Program-made: the position numbers and the translations under genes
The notes under the pieces: generated by a model
Seen by the model: only the letters and a program-made list of their open reading frames with translations
Databases searched by the model: none
What the model was told of the DNA's origin: nothing
In this document: one piece after another, positions 19,312 through 27,479 of the stretch
Numbering within the stretch: the first letter of the stretch is position 1
How the letters are laid out: each line of letters opens with the position of its first letter
Origin: Ruminococcus champanellensis 18P13 = JCM 17042
GTDB taxonomy: Bacteria > Bacillota > Clostridia > Oscillospirales > Ruminococcaceae
DNA length: 64,000 nucleotides
NCBI RefSeq assembly: GCF_000210095.1
Contig: NC_021039.1
Coordinates: 615,863 to 679,862, forward strand
Direction of reading: 5' to 3'

Positions 19312-20289
19312 ATGGCAGTGATCGAAGTGGAGCACCTGGTCAAGCAGTTCCAGTCCGTGAAAAAGGAAAAGGGACTGAAGGGCTCGGTGAAAGCATTGTT
19401 TAAACCGGAGCGTCGTACCATAACAGCGGTAAAGGATATCAGCTTTTCCATTGAGCCGGGAGAGATCGTCGGGTATATCGGCCCCAACGGAGCCGGCAAA
19501 AGCACCACCGTGAAAATGATGTCCGGGATTCTGACTCCTACCTCGGGGGAGGTGCGCATCAACGGCATTTCTCCGGTGAAGGACCGGAAGCGGGTGGTGC
19601 AGCAGTTGGGAGTGGTATTCGGGCAACGTACCCAATTGTACTGGGATCTGCGACTGGGAGAGAGCTTTGAGCTGCTGCGCCGGGTCTATGACGTGGATGA
19701 CCGGACGTTCCGGGAAAACATGGACATGATGAACGAGATTCTGGACATCGACAGCATCATTGACACCCCGGTGCGGCAGTTGTCCCTGGGACAGCGGATG
19801 CGGGGAGACCTGGCAGCAGCCATGCTCCATTCCCCCAGGGTGCTGTTCCTGGATGAGCCTACCATCGGGCTGGACGTGGATGCAAAGCATGCCATCCGGA
19901 AGTTTATCCGGCAGATCAACCAGACCCGGGGCACCACCGTCATTCTCACCACCCATGACCTGGGGGATATCCAGGAGCTGTGCAAGCGGCTGATTATCAT
20001 CAATCACGGGGTCATCATCGAGGACGGCTCCCTGGATGAACTGGTGGAACGGATTGCCCCTTACCGGGAACTCATCATTGACTTTTACACGGAGCAGCAT
20101 GTGGAGCATCCCAGAGCGCAGATTGTCCGGCAGGAGGGTGCACGCACCGTGTACCGGTTTCTGAAGCGGGAGATTACGGCGGCAAAGCTGATTGATGAGA
20201 TCGGACAGCAGGCAGCCATCAAGGATATCAGCCTGGAGGAGGCGGACATTGACGATATCATCCGGGTGGCGTATCACGGAGAAGCATAG
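19312..20289 (+). CDS. ABC transporter ATP-binding protein
   Basis: Walker A 'GPNGAGKST', signature 'LSLGQRMR', Walker B 'VLFLDEPT'; start at ATG 19312 after TAAGGAGG. Confidence 0.85.
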   Translation: MAVIEVEHLVKQFQSVKKEKGLKGSVKALFKPERRTITAVKDISFSIEPGEIVGYIGPNGAGKSTTVKMMSGILTPTSGEVRINGISPVKDRKRVVQQLGVVFGQRTQLYWDLRLGESFELLRRVYDVDDRTFRENMDMMNEILDIDSIIDTPVRQLSLGQRMRGDLAAAMLHSPRVLFLDEPTIGLDVDAKHAIRKFIRQINQTRGTTVILTTHDLGDIQELCKRLIIINHGVIIEDGSLDELVERIAPYRELIIDFYTEQHVEHPRAQIVRQEGARTVYRFLKREITAAKLIDEIGQQAAIKDISLEEADIDDIIRVAYHGEA

Positions 20290-20426
20290 AACAGGATACC
20301 GTTCGGGGCATACCCGGGCGGTATTTGTTTTTGTGCAGGTTGCACATTGTGGTTGCTTTATGCTAACTGCAAGATGCATAAACATCCAATTTTTCTGAAA
20401 AACCACGCCGGAAGGGGAAAATCCCC

Positions 20427-20455
20427 TTGACAATCCAGGGGGAATGCGCTATGAT
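20427..20455 (+). promoter_or_regulatory. feo operon promoter (TTGACA 20427-20432, 17 nt, TATGAT 20450-20455)
   Basis: Consensus-like hexamers; a GGGGAAAATCCCC inverted repeat overlaps the -35 (20414-20426). Confidence 0.65.
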
Positions 20456-20467
20456 GATACTAAGGAA

Positions 20468-20483
20468 GTTAGCAAAAGCTAAC
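20468..20483 (+). promoter_or_regulatory. Operator-like palindrome GTTAGCAAAAGCTAAC just downstream of the feo -10
   Basis: Perfect 6-bp inverted repeat with 4-nt spacer at about +6 to +21; the same motif class recurs at 33599-33613. Confidence 0.5.
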
Positions 20484-20505
20484 ATAAACGAAAGAGGGAG
20501 TGAGC

Positions 20506-20718
20506 ATGATGCCTCTGACATTTGCGGCTGTCGGCGAGGAAAACATGATCAAAAAAGTCGGCGGCAAAGCAGAAACAAGGAAGTTCCTGGAGAATCTGGG
20601 GTTCGTGGCAGGCGCAGCCGTGACTGTTATCAGCCAGATCGGCGGGAATGTGATCGTGAACGTAAAGGAATCCAGAGTGGCTGTTTCCAAGGAAATGGCA
20701 AGCAAGATCATGGTTTAA
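20506..20718 (+). CDS. feoA: FeoA family protein
   Basis: ~70 aa SH3-like FeoA; RBS AGAGGGAG then ATG 20506. Confidence 0.8.
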   Translation: MMPLTFAAVGEENMIKKVGGKAETRKFLENLGFVAGAAVTVISQIGGNVIVNVKESRVAVSKEMASKIMV

Positions 20719-20731
20719 GGAGGCAGAGAAG

Positions 20732-20953
20732 ATGGCAACACTAAAGGAAGCACGCATCGGTCAGACCGTTCGGGTCAAGAAGCTCAACGGGGAGGGTGCA
20801 GTCAAGCGCCGGATCATGGATATGGGCATTACCAAGGGTACGGAGGTTTATATCCGGAAGGTAGCACCCCTGGGGGATCCGATCGAGATTACAGTTCGGG
20901 GTTATGAGCTGTCCCTGAGAAAAGCGGACGCTGAAATGATCGAAACGGAATAA
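20732..20953 (+). CDS. feoA: FeoA family protein (second copy)
   Basis: 73 aa; 'RIGQTVRVKKL...MGITKGTEVYI' FeoA signature. Confidence 0.85.
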   Translation: MATLKEARIGQTVRVKKLNGEGAVKRRIMDMGITKGTEVYIRKVAPLGDPIEITVRGYELSLRKADAEMIETE

Positions 20954-20967
20954 TGTTTTGCACACTG

Positions 20968-20997
20968 GTTAGCGGGAACTAATTAGTTGAAGCTAAC
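20968..20997 (+). promoter_or_regulatory. Interrupted palindrome GTTAGC-ggg-AACTAATTAGTT-gaa-GCTAAC between feoA2 and feoB
   Basis: Outer arms identical to the operator arms at 20468-20483; inner 12-bp perfect palindrome; lies 26 nt upstream of the feoB start. Confidence 0.45.
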
Positions 20998-21023
20998 TAA
21001 AATGAGGAGAAAGGATTGCTGAT

Positions 21024-23510
21024 ATGGGAATCAAAATAGCGCTTGCGGGAAATCCGAACGCAGGCAAAACCACCCTGTTTAATGCGCTGACCGGATCCAA
21101 CCAGTTTGTGGGTAACTGGCCCGGCGTAACGGTTGAAAAGAAAGAGGGTAAGCTGAAGGGCCACAGCGATGTGACCATCACAGACCTGCCGGGTATTTAC
21201 TCCCTGTCCCCCTACACCCTGGAGGAAGTGGTTGCCCGGAATTATCTGATCCAGGAGCGGCCGGATGCGATTCTGAACATCATCGACGGCACCAACCTGG
21301 AGCGGAACCTGTATCTGACCACCCAGCTGGTAGAGCTGGGCATCCCGGTGGTGGCAGCCATCAATATGATGGACGTAGTCCGGAAGAACGGGGACAAGAT
21401 CAATACAGAGGAGCTTGCCAAGGAGCTGGGCTGCCAGGTAGTGGAGATCTCCGCACTGAAGGGTACCGGCATCAAGGAAGCGGCTGAGGCTGCCATCCAG
21501 GCAGCAAAGCAGGGTACTCCCATGATCCCCCAGCACCAGTTCGGCGGCTGTGTGGAGCATGCCATTGCGCATATTGAAGAAGCGGTGCTGCATAATATCC
21601 CAGAGGAACAGCAGCGCTGGTACGCCATCAAGATCTTCGAGCGTGACGAAAAGGTTCTGGAGGCACTGTCCATTTCCAAGAGTGATATAGAGCATATCGA
21701 ACAGGATATTGCCGCAGCGGAAAAGGAAATGGACGATGACGCAGAGAGCATGATTACCAATGAGCGGTATGTGTACATTGCCAACGTCATCAAGCACTGC
21801 TACAAGAAAAAAAACAAGGGCGGCATGACCACCTCCGATAAGATTGACCGGGTGGTTACCAACCGGTGGCTGGGTCTGCCCATCTTTGCTGTGGTTATGT
21901 TCCTGGTTTACTACATTTCCATGGTCACTGTGGGCAGTGCCGCAACAGACTGGGCAAACGATGGTCTGTTCGGTGACGGCTGGCATCTGCTGGGCATCGG
22001 CTCCGGTGCCTATGAGGAAGCTGCCGAGGAATACGGCGACACCAATGCCATCATTGACGGCTATGTGGCTTACCTGGGTGAACAGGGCGCAGACACTGCT
22101 GCACTGGAGGGCTACATAGATCCGGAGGCTGACACCTTTGACGGGGAAGCAGCCAAGCATGCAATTCTGGAATTTGAGAAGCAGTACAGTGCAGATTTCT
22201 CCTACGACGTTGAGGATGAGGAAACCCTGGAGGTTACCACGAAAACCGCTACCATGGGGGATCTGACTACTGCTGCAGATGCCTTTGCAGGCGGCGAGCC
22301 GGATCCGGCTGAGTATGGCGTGTGGGTACCGGGTATTCCGGTTCTCATCGAACAGGGACTGGATGCACTCAATTGTGCGGACTGGCTGAAGGGACTGATC
22401 CTGGATGGTCTGGTTGCCGGTGTGGGCGCAGTACTGGGCTTTGTACCCCAGATGCTGGTTCTGTTCATTCTGCTGGCAATCCTGGAGGCTTGCGGCTATA
22501 TGGCTCGTATCGCCTTCGTCATGGATCGTATTTTCCGGAAGTTCGGATTGTCCGGTAAGTCCTTCATCCCGATTCTGATCGGTACCGGCTGCGGCATTCC
22601 CGGCATCATGGCATCCAGAACCATTGAGAATGAACGTGACCGTCGTATGACCATCATGACCACCACCTTCATCCCCTGCGGCGCAAAGCAGCCCTTCATC
22701 GCCATGATGGCAGGCGCAATCTTCGGCGGTTCTGCATGGATCGCCACCGGCGCATACTTCCTTGGCATGGCAGCCATCGTTATTTCCGGTATCATCCTGA
22801 AGAAAACCAAGATGTTCGCCGGGGATCCTGCTCCCTTCGTTATGGAGTTGCCTCCCTACCATATGCCCACCGTGGGCAATGTGCTCCGCTCCATGTGGGA
22901 GCGTGGCTGGTCCTTTATCAAGAAGGCAGGCACCATCATCACCCTGTCCACCATCTTCGTTTGGTTCACTTCCTTCTTCGGTTGGGTGGACGGTTCCTTT
23001 GGCATGCTGACCGAGGATCAGATGTCCTGCAGTATCCTGGCATACATCGGCAAGGGCATCTGCTGGCTGTTCGCTCCTCTTGGCTGGGGCAACTGGCAGG
23101 CAACGGTTGCAGCCGTTACCGGTCTGGTGGCAAAGGAAAACATCGTTGCAACCATGGGTATTCTGTACGGCGGTGACAACGGGGTTTACGCAAACCTGGC
23201 TGCTGCATTCACCGGCGTTGCAGGCATGTCCTTCCTGATCTTCAACCTGCTGTGTGCGCCTTGCTTCGCAGCAATGGGTGCTATCAAGCGTGAGATGAAC
23301 AACGCTAAGTGGTTCTGGTTCGCCGTCGGCTACGAGTGCGGCTTTGCGTATGCCGTATCTCTGGTGGTATATCAGCTTGGTGCGCTGTTCAGCGGCAATG
23401 CAAACATTCTGGGCACCATCGCGGCATTCGCCCTGGTAGCCTTCATGATCTACATGCTGGTTCGACCCTACAAGGAAAGCAATACTCTGCGTACAAAGGT
23501 TCGGGTATAA
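21024..23510 (+). CDS. feoB: Ferrous iron transporter FeoB (with ~130-aa acidic insertion in an extracytoplasmic loop)
   Basis: G-protein domain 'GNPNAGKTTLFNALTG', 'DLPGIYSL'; gate motifs; 828 aa, longer than usual because of a D/E-rich low-complexity insert (~residues 300-430). Confidence 0.9.
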   Translation: MGIKIALAGNPNAGKTTLFNALTGSNQFVGNWPGVTVEKKEGKLKGHSDVTITDLPGIYSLSPYTLEEVVARNYLIQERPDAILNIIDGTNLERNLYLTTQLVELGIPVVAAINMMDVVRKNGDKINTEELAKELGCQVVEISALKGTGIKEAAEAAIQAAKQGTPMIPQHQFGGCVEHAIAHIEEAVLHNIPEEQQRWYAIKIFERDEKVLEALSISKSDIEHIEQDIAAAEKEMDDDAESMITNERYVYIANVIKHCYKKKNKGGMTTSDKIDRVVTNRWLGLPIFAVVMFLVYYISMVTVGSAATDWANDGLFGDGWHLLGIGSGAYEEAAEEYGDTNAIIDGYVAYLGEQGADTAALEGYIDPEADTFDGEAAKHAILEFEKQYSADFSYDVEDEETLEVTTKTATMGDLTTAADAFAGGEPDPAEYGVWVPGIPVLIEQGLDALNCADWLKGLILDGLVAGVGAVLGFVPQMLVLFILLAILEACGYMARIAFVMDRIFRKFGLSGKSFIPILIGTGCGIPGIMASRTIENERDRRMTIMTTTFIPCGAKQPFIAMMAGAIFGGSAWIATGAYFLGMAAIVISGIILKKTKMFAGDPAPFVMELPPYHMPTVGNVLRSMWERGWSFIKKAGTIITLSTIFVWFTSFFGWVDGSFGMLTEDQMSCSILAYIGKGICWLFAPLGWGNWQATVAAVTGLVAKENIVATMGILYGGDNGVYANLAAAFTGVAGMSFLIFNLLCAPCFAAMGAIKREMNNAKWFWFAVGYECGFAYAVSLVVYQLGALFSGNANILGTIAAFALVAFMIYMLVRPYKESNTLRTKVRV

Positions 23511-23534
23511 TTTACAGGCAAATATCCAAAGGAA

Positions 23535-23723
23535 GTGGCTTTTATGGAATGGTTCAGTGCAAACATCGGAACGATCCTGGTTTTGCTGATCGTGTGTGCT
23601 TTGGTGGCATTGGTGGTGCGGAAAATGATCCGTGACCGACGCAAAGGCAAATCCTCCTGCGGCTGCAACTGTGGTTGCTGCCCCAACAGCGGCATGTGCC
23701 ACTCGAAGCCCCCGAAAAAATAG
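23535..23723 (+). CDS. FeoB-associated Cys-rich membrane protein
   Basis: 62 aa, one TM then 'CGCNCGCCPNSGMCH' Cys cluster; classic position after feoB. Confidence 0.75.
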   Translation: MAFMEWFSANIGTILVLLIVCALVALVVRKMIRDRRKGKSSCGCNCGCCPNSGMCHSKPPKK

Positions 23724-23881
23724 CATCTACCATTTGGTGAGGACGCTGCCGAACGGCAGCGTCCTCCTTTTTGTCTCCGGGGCGGATGCATAGACAACAG
23801 GGCATAGGGGCTGTACCAGAATTGGTATAGCCTTTTGGCTATTGCTGGTTGACAGTTACACACGCATTTGCTATACTATAA

Positions 23882-23960
23882 TTAAGGCAATACCGCACAA
23901 AGCCCGCCTGTCGGCTTTGCGTAGCATCTACCACACAATCTTTGTGCGGTGTTGCCTTAA
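23882..23960 (+). repeat. Inverted-repeat hairpin element, compact copy (copy B)
   Basis: 21-bp terminal inverted repeats TTAAGGCAATACCGCACAAAG / CTTTGTGCGGTGTTGCCTTAA enclosing a 37-bp core that contains a nested AAAGCC...GGCTTT hairpin; about 45 nt upstream of the 24006 gene. Confidence 0.75.
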
Positions 23961-24005
23961 GATAACATGGTATAGACGCTGCTAAAAAACAGGGAGGATG
24001 AAAAC

Positions 24006-25736
24006 ATGAACAACCGCAAACAGAAATGGACTGCGCTTGGAGTGGCAGGCGCATTGCTGCTGCCTTTGGCAGGCATCACCGGATTTGCATCGGATGCAGC
24101 CGATGTGCGAACTCTGCAAAAGGCATTGATTCAGAAGGATGCCCTTGCCCAGGGACAGGATCTGAACGAAGACGGGGCAGTCAATGGCTTTGACCTGGTG
24201 CGGCTGCGCCGACAGGTGCTGGAGGCATCCCAGTCCGGCGAGATCCGGGAAACGGACGTTGCCATTACGGAGCAGACCGCCAAGCTGGTGGGCAGGACCC
24301 TGCGGAAGGGGGACACCACCTGGCTGGTGCAGAGCGGTGCCGCTGCGGAATTTACCGTGACCGGTACATCGGCGGAGCTGACGCTGGCAGGGGACGGCTG
24401 CGCAGCAGGAGATGAGAAATACCGTCCCCGGTATGCGGTATATGTGGATGGAGAACTGCTTTGCGATAGCCTGATGAGTGAAACGGAAACAAAGCTCCAG
24501 CTGTTTTCCGGTGATACGGTTCGCCACGCAACGGTGAAGGTGATCCACCTGTCGGAGGCGAACAACGGTGCCATCGGTGTAAGGAATCTCCATGTCGCCG
24601 CTCCGGATTCTTTGGCATACCCCTGCGCTCCTACGGCGAAAAAACCCCTGTCCATCGAGTTTATCGGGGATTCCATCACCTGTGCTTACGGGGTGGAGGG
24701 CAAGGATCAGTATGAAGCCTTCCGGACGGATACGGAGAATTTCATGAAATCCTATGCGTATCTCACTGCCCAGCTGCTGGACGCAGACTACAGCGCCGTA
24801 TCCTACAGCGGATACGGGGTGGTTTCCGGCTACACCACCGGGGAGCGGAATACGGAGTCCCTGGTGCCGGATTGCTATGACCTGGTGGGCAAGCTGCCGG
24901 ATTATGCAGAAGCATGGGATTTCGACAGCCATACCAACGATGTGGTGGTCATCAACCTGGGTACCAATGATTCCTCCTATCTGAGCCAGGATTTTGATGG
25001 GCGCAAGGATGAATTTACCGCAGCCTACACTGCATTTCTCAAGCAGGTGCGGGAGAAGAACCCGGCAGCAGTCATCATCTGCACCATGGGCACCATGGGG
25101 GGCGAGGATTTGTATCCTCTGATCCAGCAGGCTATCACGGATTACACGGCGGAAACCGGGGACAGCCAGGTGCGCAGCTACCAGTCCGCTACCCAGAAGC
25201 CTGCCAACGGGCTTGGCTCCGACTGGCACCCCTCCGCCCTGACCCATGAGCTGAGCGCCTATGTGCTGGCGGATCAGATCTGCACCGCCATCGGCAGGGA
25301 GTGGAGCAAGATCGGGCTGGATGCTGCATCGGACGGTATCTACGATGTGAAGATCAACACAGAAGCCGGCGCCAATGCCGCCCATTATGTGGGCTACGAC
25401 AAGTCCTTCTGGATCAATATGGTGGGCGGCGGCACGAAGCCGGAGGATATTCAGGCATATGTGGGGGGACTGACCCTGACGCCGGGCACCTATGAGCTGG
25501 CGTTTGACTATACCTCCACTGTGGATGTGACCGTAACCTATGGGGTGCAGCAGCTGGATGATCCGGAGCAAAGCTGCGTTTCCGGCAGCATCGATGCCAC
25601 CGGCACCAAGCAGCATGCAGCCAAGACCTTCACCATTACCGAGCCTGTGGAGGATGCGGCAATTGTATTTAATCTGGGAGGGACGGATTATTATAACATC
25701 ACCCTGTCGGATATTACGCTCTTTAAAAAGGCATAA
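24006..25736 (+). CDS. Secreted CE2-like SGNH esterase with N-terminal single dockerin-like repeat and extra C-terminal beta domain
   Basis: Signal peptide; 'DLNEDGAVNGFDLVRLRRQVL' dockerin/EF-hand-like repeat; 'EFIGDSITCAYGVEG', 'VVVINLGTNDSSY', 'DWHPSALTHE' SGNH blocks; paralog of 3727..4886. Confidence 0.75.
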   Translation: MNNRKQKWTALGVAGALLLPLAGITGFASDAADVRTLQKALIQKDALAQGQDLNEDGAVNGFDLVRLRRQVLEASQSGEIRETDVAITEQTAKLVGRTLRKGDTTWLVQSGAAAEFTVTGTSAELTLAGDGCAAGDEKYRPRYAVYVDGELLCDSLMSETETKLQLFSGDTVRHATVKVIHLSEANNGAIGVRNLHVAAPDSLAYPCAPTAKKPLSIEFIGDSITCAYGVEGKDQYEAFRTDTENFMKSYAYLTAQLLDADYSAVSYSGYGVVSGYTTGERNTESLVPDCYDLVGKLPDYAEAWDFDSHTNDVVVINLGTNDSSYLSQDFDGRKDEFTAAYTAFLKQVREKNPAAVIICTMGTMGGEDLYPLIQQAITDYTAETGDSQVRSYQSATQKPANGLGSDWHPSALTHELSAYVLADQICTAIGREWSKIGLDAASDGIYDVKINTEAGANAAHYVGYDKSFWINMVGGGTKPEDIQAYVGGLTLTPGTYELAFDYTSTVDVTVTYGVQQLDDPEQSCVSGSIDATGTKQHAAKTFTITEPVEDAAIVFNLGGTDYYNITLSDITLFKKA

Positions 25737-25883
25737 GCAATATACTACAAGGATTGCATGCTGAAACGAATGGCACAGCTGATGCAGAAGCGGCAAAGCC
25801 CTTTCCACTGCGGAGATTAACGGATGCAATACCGAAACAAAAAGGCAGCAAGAATGTGCACGAATCATAGCATAATTGTGCAT

Positions 25884-25910
25884 TGACTATTCAAGAAAAT
25901 ATGATACAAT
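25884..25910 (+). promoter_or_regulatory. Promoter-like element (TTGACT 25884-25889, 15 nt, TG-n-TACAAT 25902-25910) pointing into an intergenic region
   Basis: -35 hexamer plus extended -10; no + strand protein gene downstream before the convergent terminator. Confidence 0.45.
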
Positions 25911-25916
25911 AAGCTT

Positions 25917-26140
25917 GTGAGACATGCAGGCAGCGTTTGGTTCACGTTGCATGGTGGATTTTTTGGGGAATAACCCTTGTTATTCCTCTGTGATGGATTC
26001 ATCCTCCCTATTACCGCATGTTTCCACCCCTGTTTCAGGCGTACCGTAGCTGCATCTGCGGTGCGCTTTTCTTTTGTCTGAAAAGCTGCTCCTCGCCACC
26101 TGAACAAAAAAGCGCATGCGTTCTGCGTGCGCTTTCGTTT
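25917..26140 (+). ncRNA. Candidate small RNA (~220 nt) or small-protein transcript between convergent genes
   Basis: Bounded by the promoter above and a bidirectional terminator at 26108-26135; contains perfect hairpin GGAATAAC-cctt-GTTATTCC; possible 41-codon ORF 25924-26049 has no good RBS. Confidence 0.35.
26108..26135. terminator. Bidirectional rho-independent terminator
   Basis: aaagcgcatgcg ttct gcgtgcgcttt flanked by an A-tract upstream and T-tract downstream; serves minus-strand gene 26139..27242 and any + transcript. Confidence 0.65.
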
Positions 26141-27242
26141 ATATAGCGTAATATTCTTTCAGAAATTCCAGCAGAACGCCGGACACATCGCTGCCGTAAT
26201 GCCCCTCTATGGGTTCAAACGAGCCGGGAGCGGACAGTTCCACGAGCCGCTGGGTCAACTGCTGTATAGGGTCGGGATCGGAATCCGCATTCTGACTGGA
26301 AGCAAGATCCTCCGGCATTCGGGTACTGTACCGGAGCATTACGAATTTGTCCATATGGGATTGAGCGCAGCCGAAGTCGCTTTTCCAGGCATCCGGTGCC
26401 GGATCATGCTTTAGCTGGGAATAGACCTGGAAGGTAGGGTCTGCGATCAGATAGCCCCCGAAGGGCTGGTTTTCGTACTGATCCGCCTGGAACAGGGCGT
26501 AGTGACTGAACAATGCGCCGGTGCCGTAACCGCATAGGGTGGAGCGTTCGTAGCACAGGGGGAATTCCTGTCCCAGCCGGGGCATCAGATTGTCGGTAAT
26601 GAAATGCAGCAGGGCTTCCCGTTTCTCCAGGATGGTCTGCATTTTGGCACGTTCCGTCTGCCATTCCACCGGATACCTGGAAAATCCCAGACTCACCAGG
26701 ATCACCGGCTCATAGTTTGTTCCATCCATCAGCTCCCGGAGGGACAGGGCACTGGTCAATTGCCACAGGTCATCCATATGGTAGTAGACCCCGTTTGAGC
26801 CGTCGTCCCGGAGGATCGTCGGTGCATGCTCCTGCAAGGGCGCCTGGGGCACCAGTCCCGTTCGCCAGATGCCGTCCGTATCCAGCATCACCGGGTATTT
26901 TTTTCTGGGATCATATCCGGGCGGCAGGATGATTCTGGCTGTAAACTCCATTCCCAGTTCTTCATCGTAAATCCTAAGCAGCCGCAGGGAGCGCTCCAGC
27001 AGGAACTGGGCGGCATGATCCCATTCCTCGGCGATAAAGACGGTGAGGGCGGTGCGTTCCCGTTCCGCCTTGGTCATGCGGTTTACCAGAGTGATGGATG
27101 AATCCTCCGGTGGAGGATTGACCTGGGAGTGTATGGATTCTGCCTGTCCGGATGCCTGGGAAGCACCCGAAGACAGACTGCATCCGGTGCAGCCCAGCAG
27201 CAATACGCTTGCTGCTATAAGAGCCATGGATTTCATGGGCAT
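26139..27242 (-). CDS. Esterase-family (alpha/beta hydrolase, PF00756-like) lipoprotein with nucleophile Ser replaced by Gly (GYGTG)
   Basis: Lipoprotein signal 'LLLGCTGCS'; overall esterase-family layout, but the nucleophile-elbow position reads 'CGYGTGALF' instead of G-x-S-x-G. Confidence 0.5.
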   Translation of the reverse strand: MPMKSMALIAASVLLLGCTGCSLSSGASQASGQAESIHSQVNPPPEDSSITLVNRMTKAERERTALTVFIAEEWDHAAQFLLERSLRLLRIYDEELGMEFTARIILPPGYDPRKKYPVMLDTDGIWRTGLVPQAPLQEHAPTILRDDGSNGVYYHMDDLWQLTSALSLRELMDGTNYEPVILVSLGFSRYPVEWQTERAKMQTILEKREALLHFITDNLMPRLGQEFPLCYERSTLCGYGTGALFSHYALFQADQYENQPFGGYLIADPTFQVYSQLKHDPAPDAWKSDFGCAQSHMDKFVMLRYSTRMPEDLASSQNADSDPDPIQQLTQRLVELSAPGSFEPIEGHYGSDVSGVLLEFLKEYYAI

Positions 27243-27359
27243 ATCCTCCCTGTTGCACGTTTCCTTAAATACAATCTGATTATATCAGACAATTCCTGTC
27301 TTGTCAATCCCTATAAAATCTGTACAGCATGTGTGCGCCGGGAAAAGAGGGCAAACGCC

Positions 27360-27388
27360 TTGCAAATGGACGGGTATTGTGCTATAAT
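27360..27388 (+). promoter_or_regulatory. Promoter of GH44 gene (TTGCAA-17-TATAAT)
   Basis: ttgcaaatggacgggtattgtgctataat. Confidence 0.6.
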
Positions 27389-27479
27389 ACCAATATAATA
27401 TACAGCAGCATGCGAGAATTAGATGGATTGTACAGGGGCAACCTGTACGCACATGCTGACTTTAAGGGGGAATTTATCA

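Noticed and set aside
20468-20483. Canonical DtxR/IdeR iron box or Fur box at the feo promoter
   Set aside because: Arms GTTAGC/GCTAAC resemble the IdeR box core, but the 4-nt spacer does not fit the 19-bp TTAGGTTAGGCTAACCTAA consensus; no GATAATGATAATCATTATC-like Fur box is present. It is reported as an unassigned operator instead.
25865-26414. Table ORFs 25865..26107 (-) and 26127..26414 (+) in and next to the convergent intergenic region
   Set aside because: No RBS and no domain features; 26127..26414 is antisense to the esterase-like gene, and 25865..26107 lies over the candidate sRNA/terminator region.
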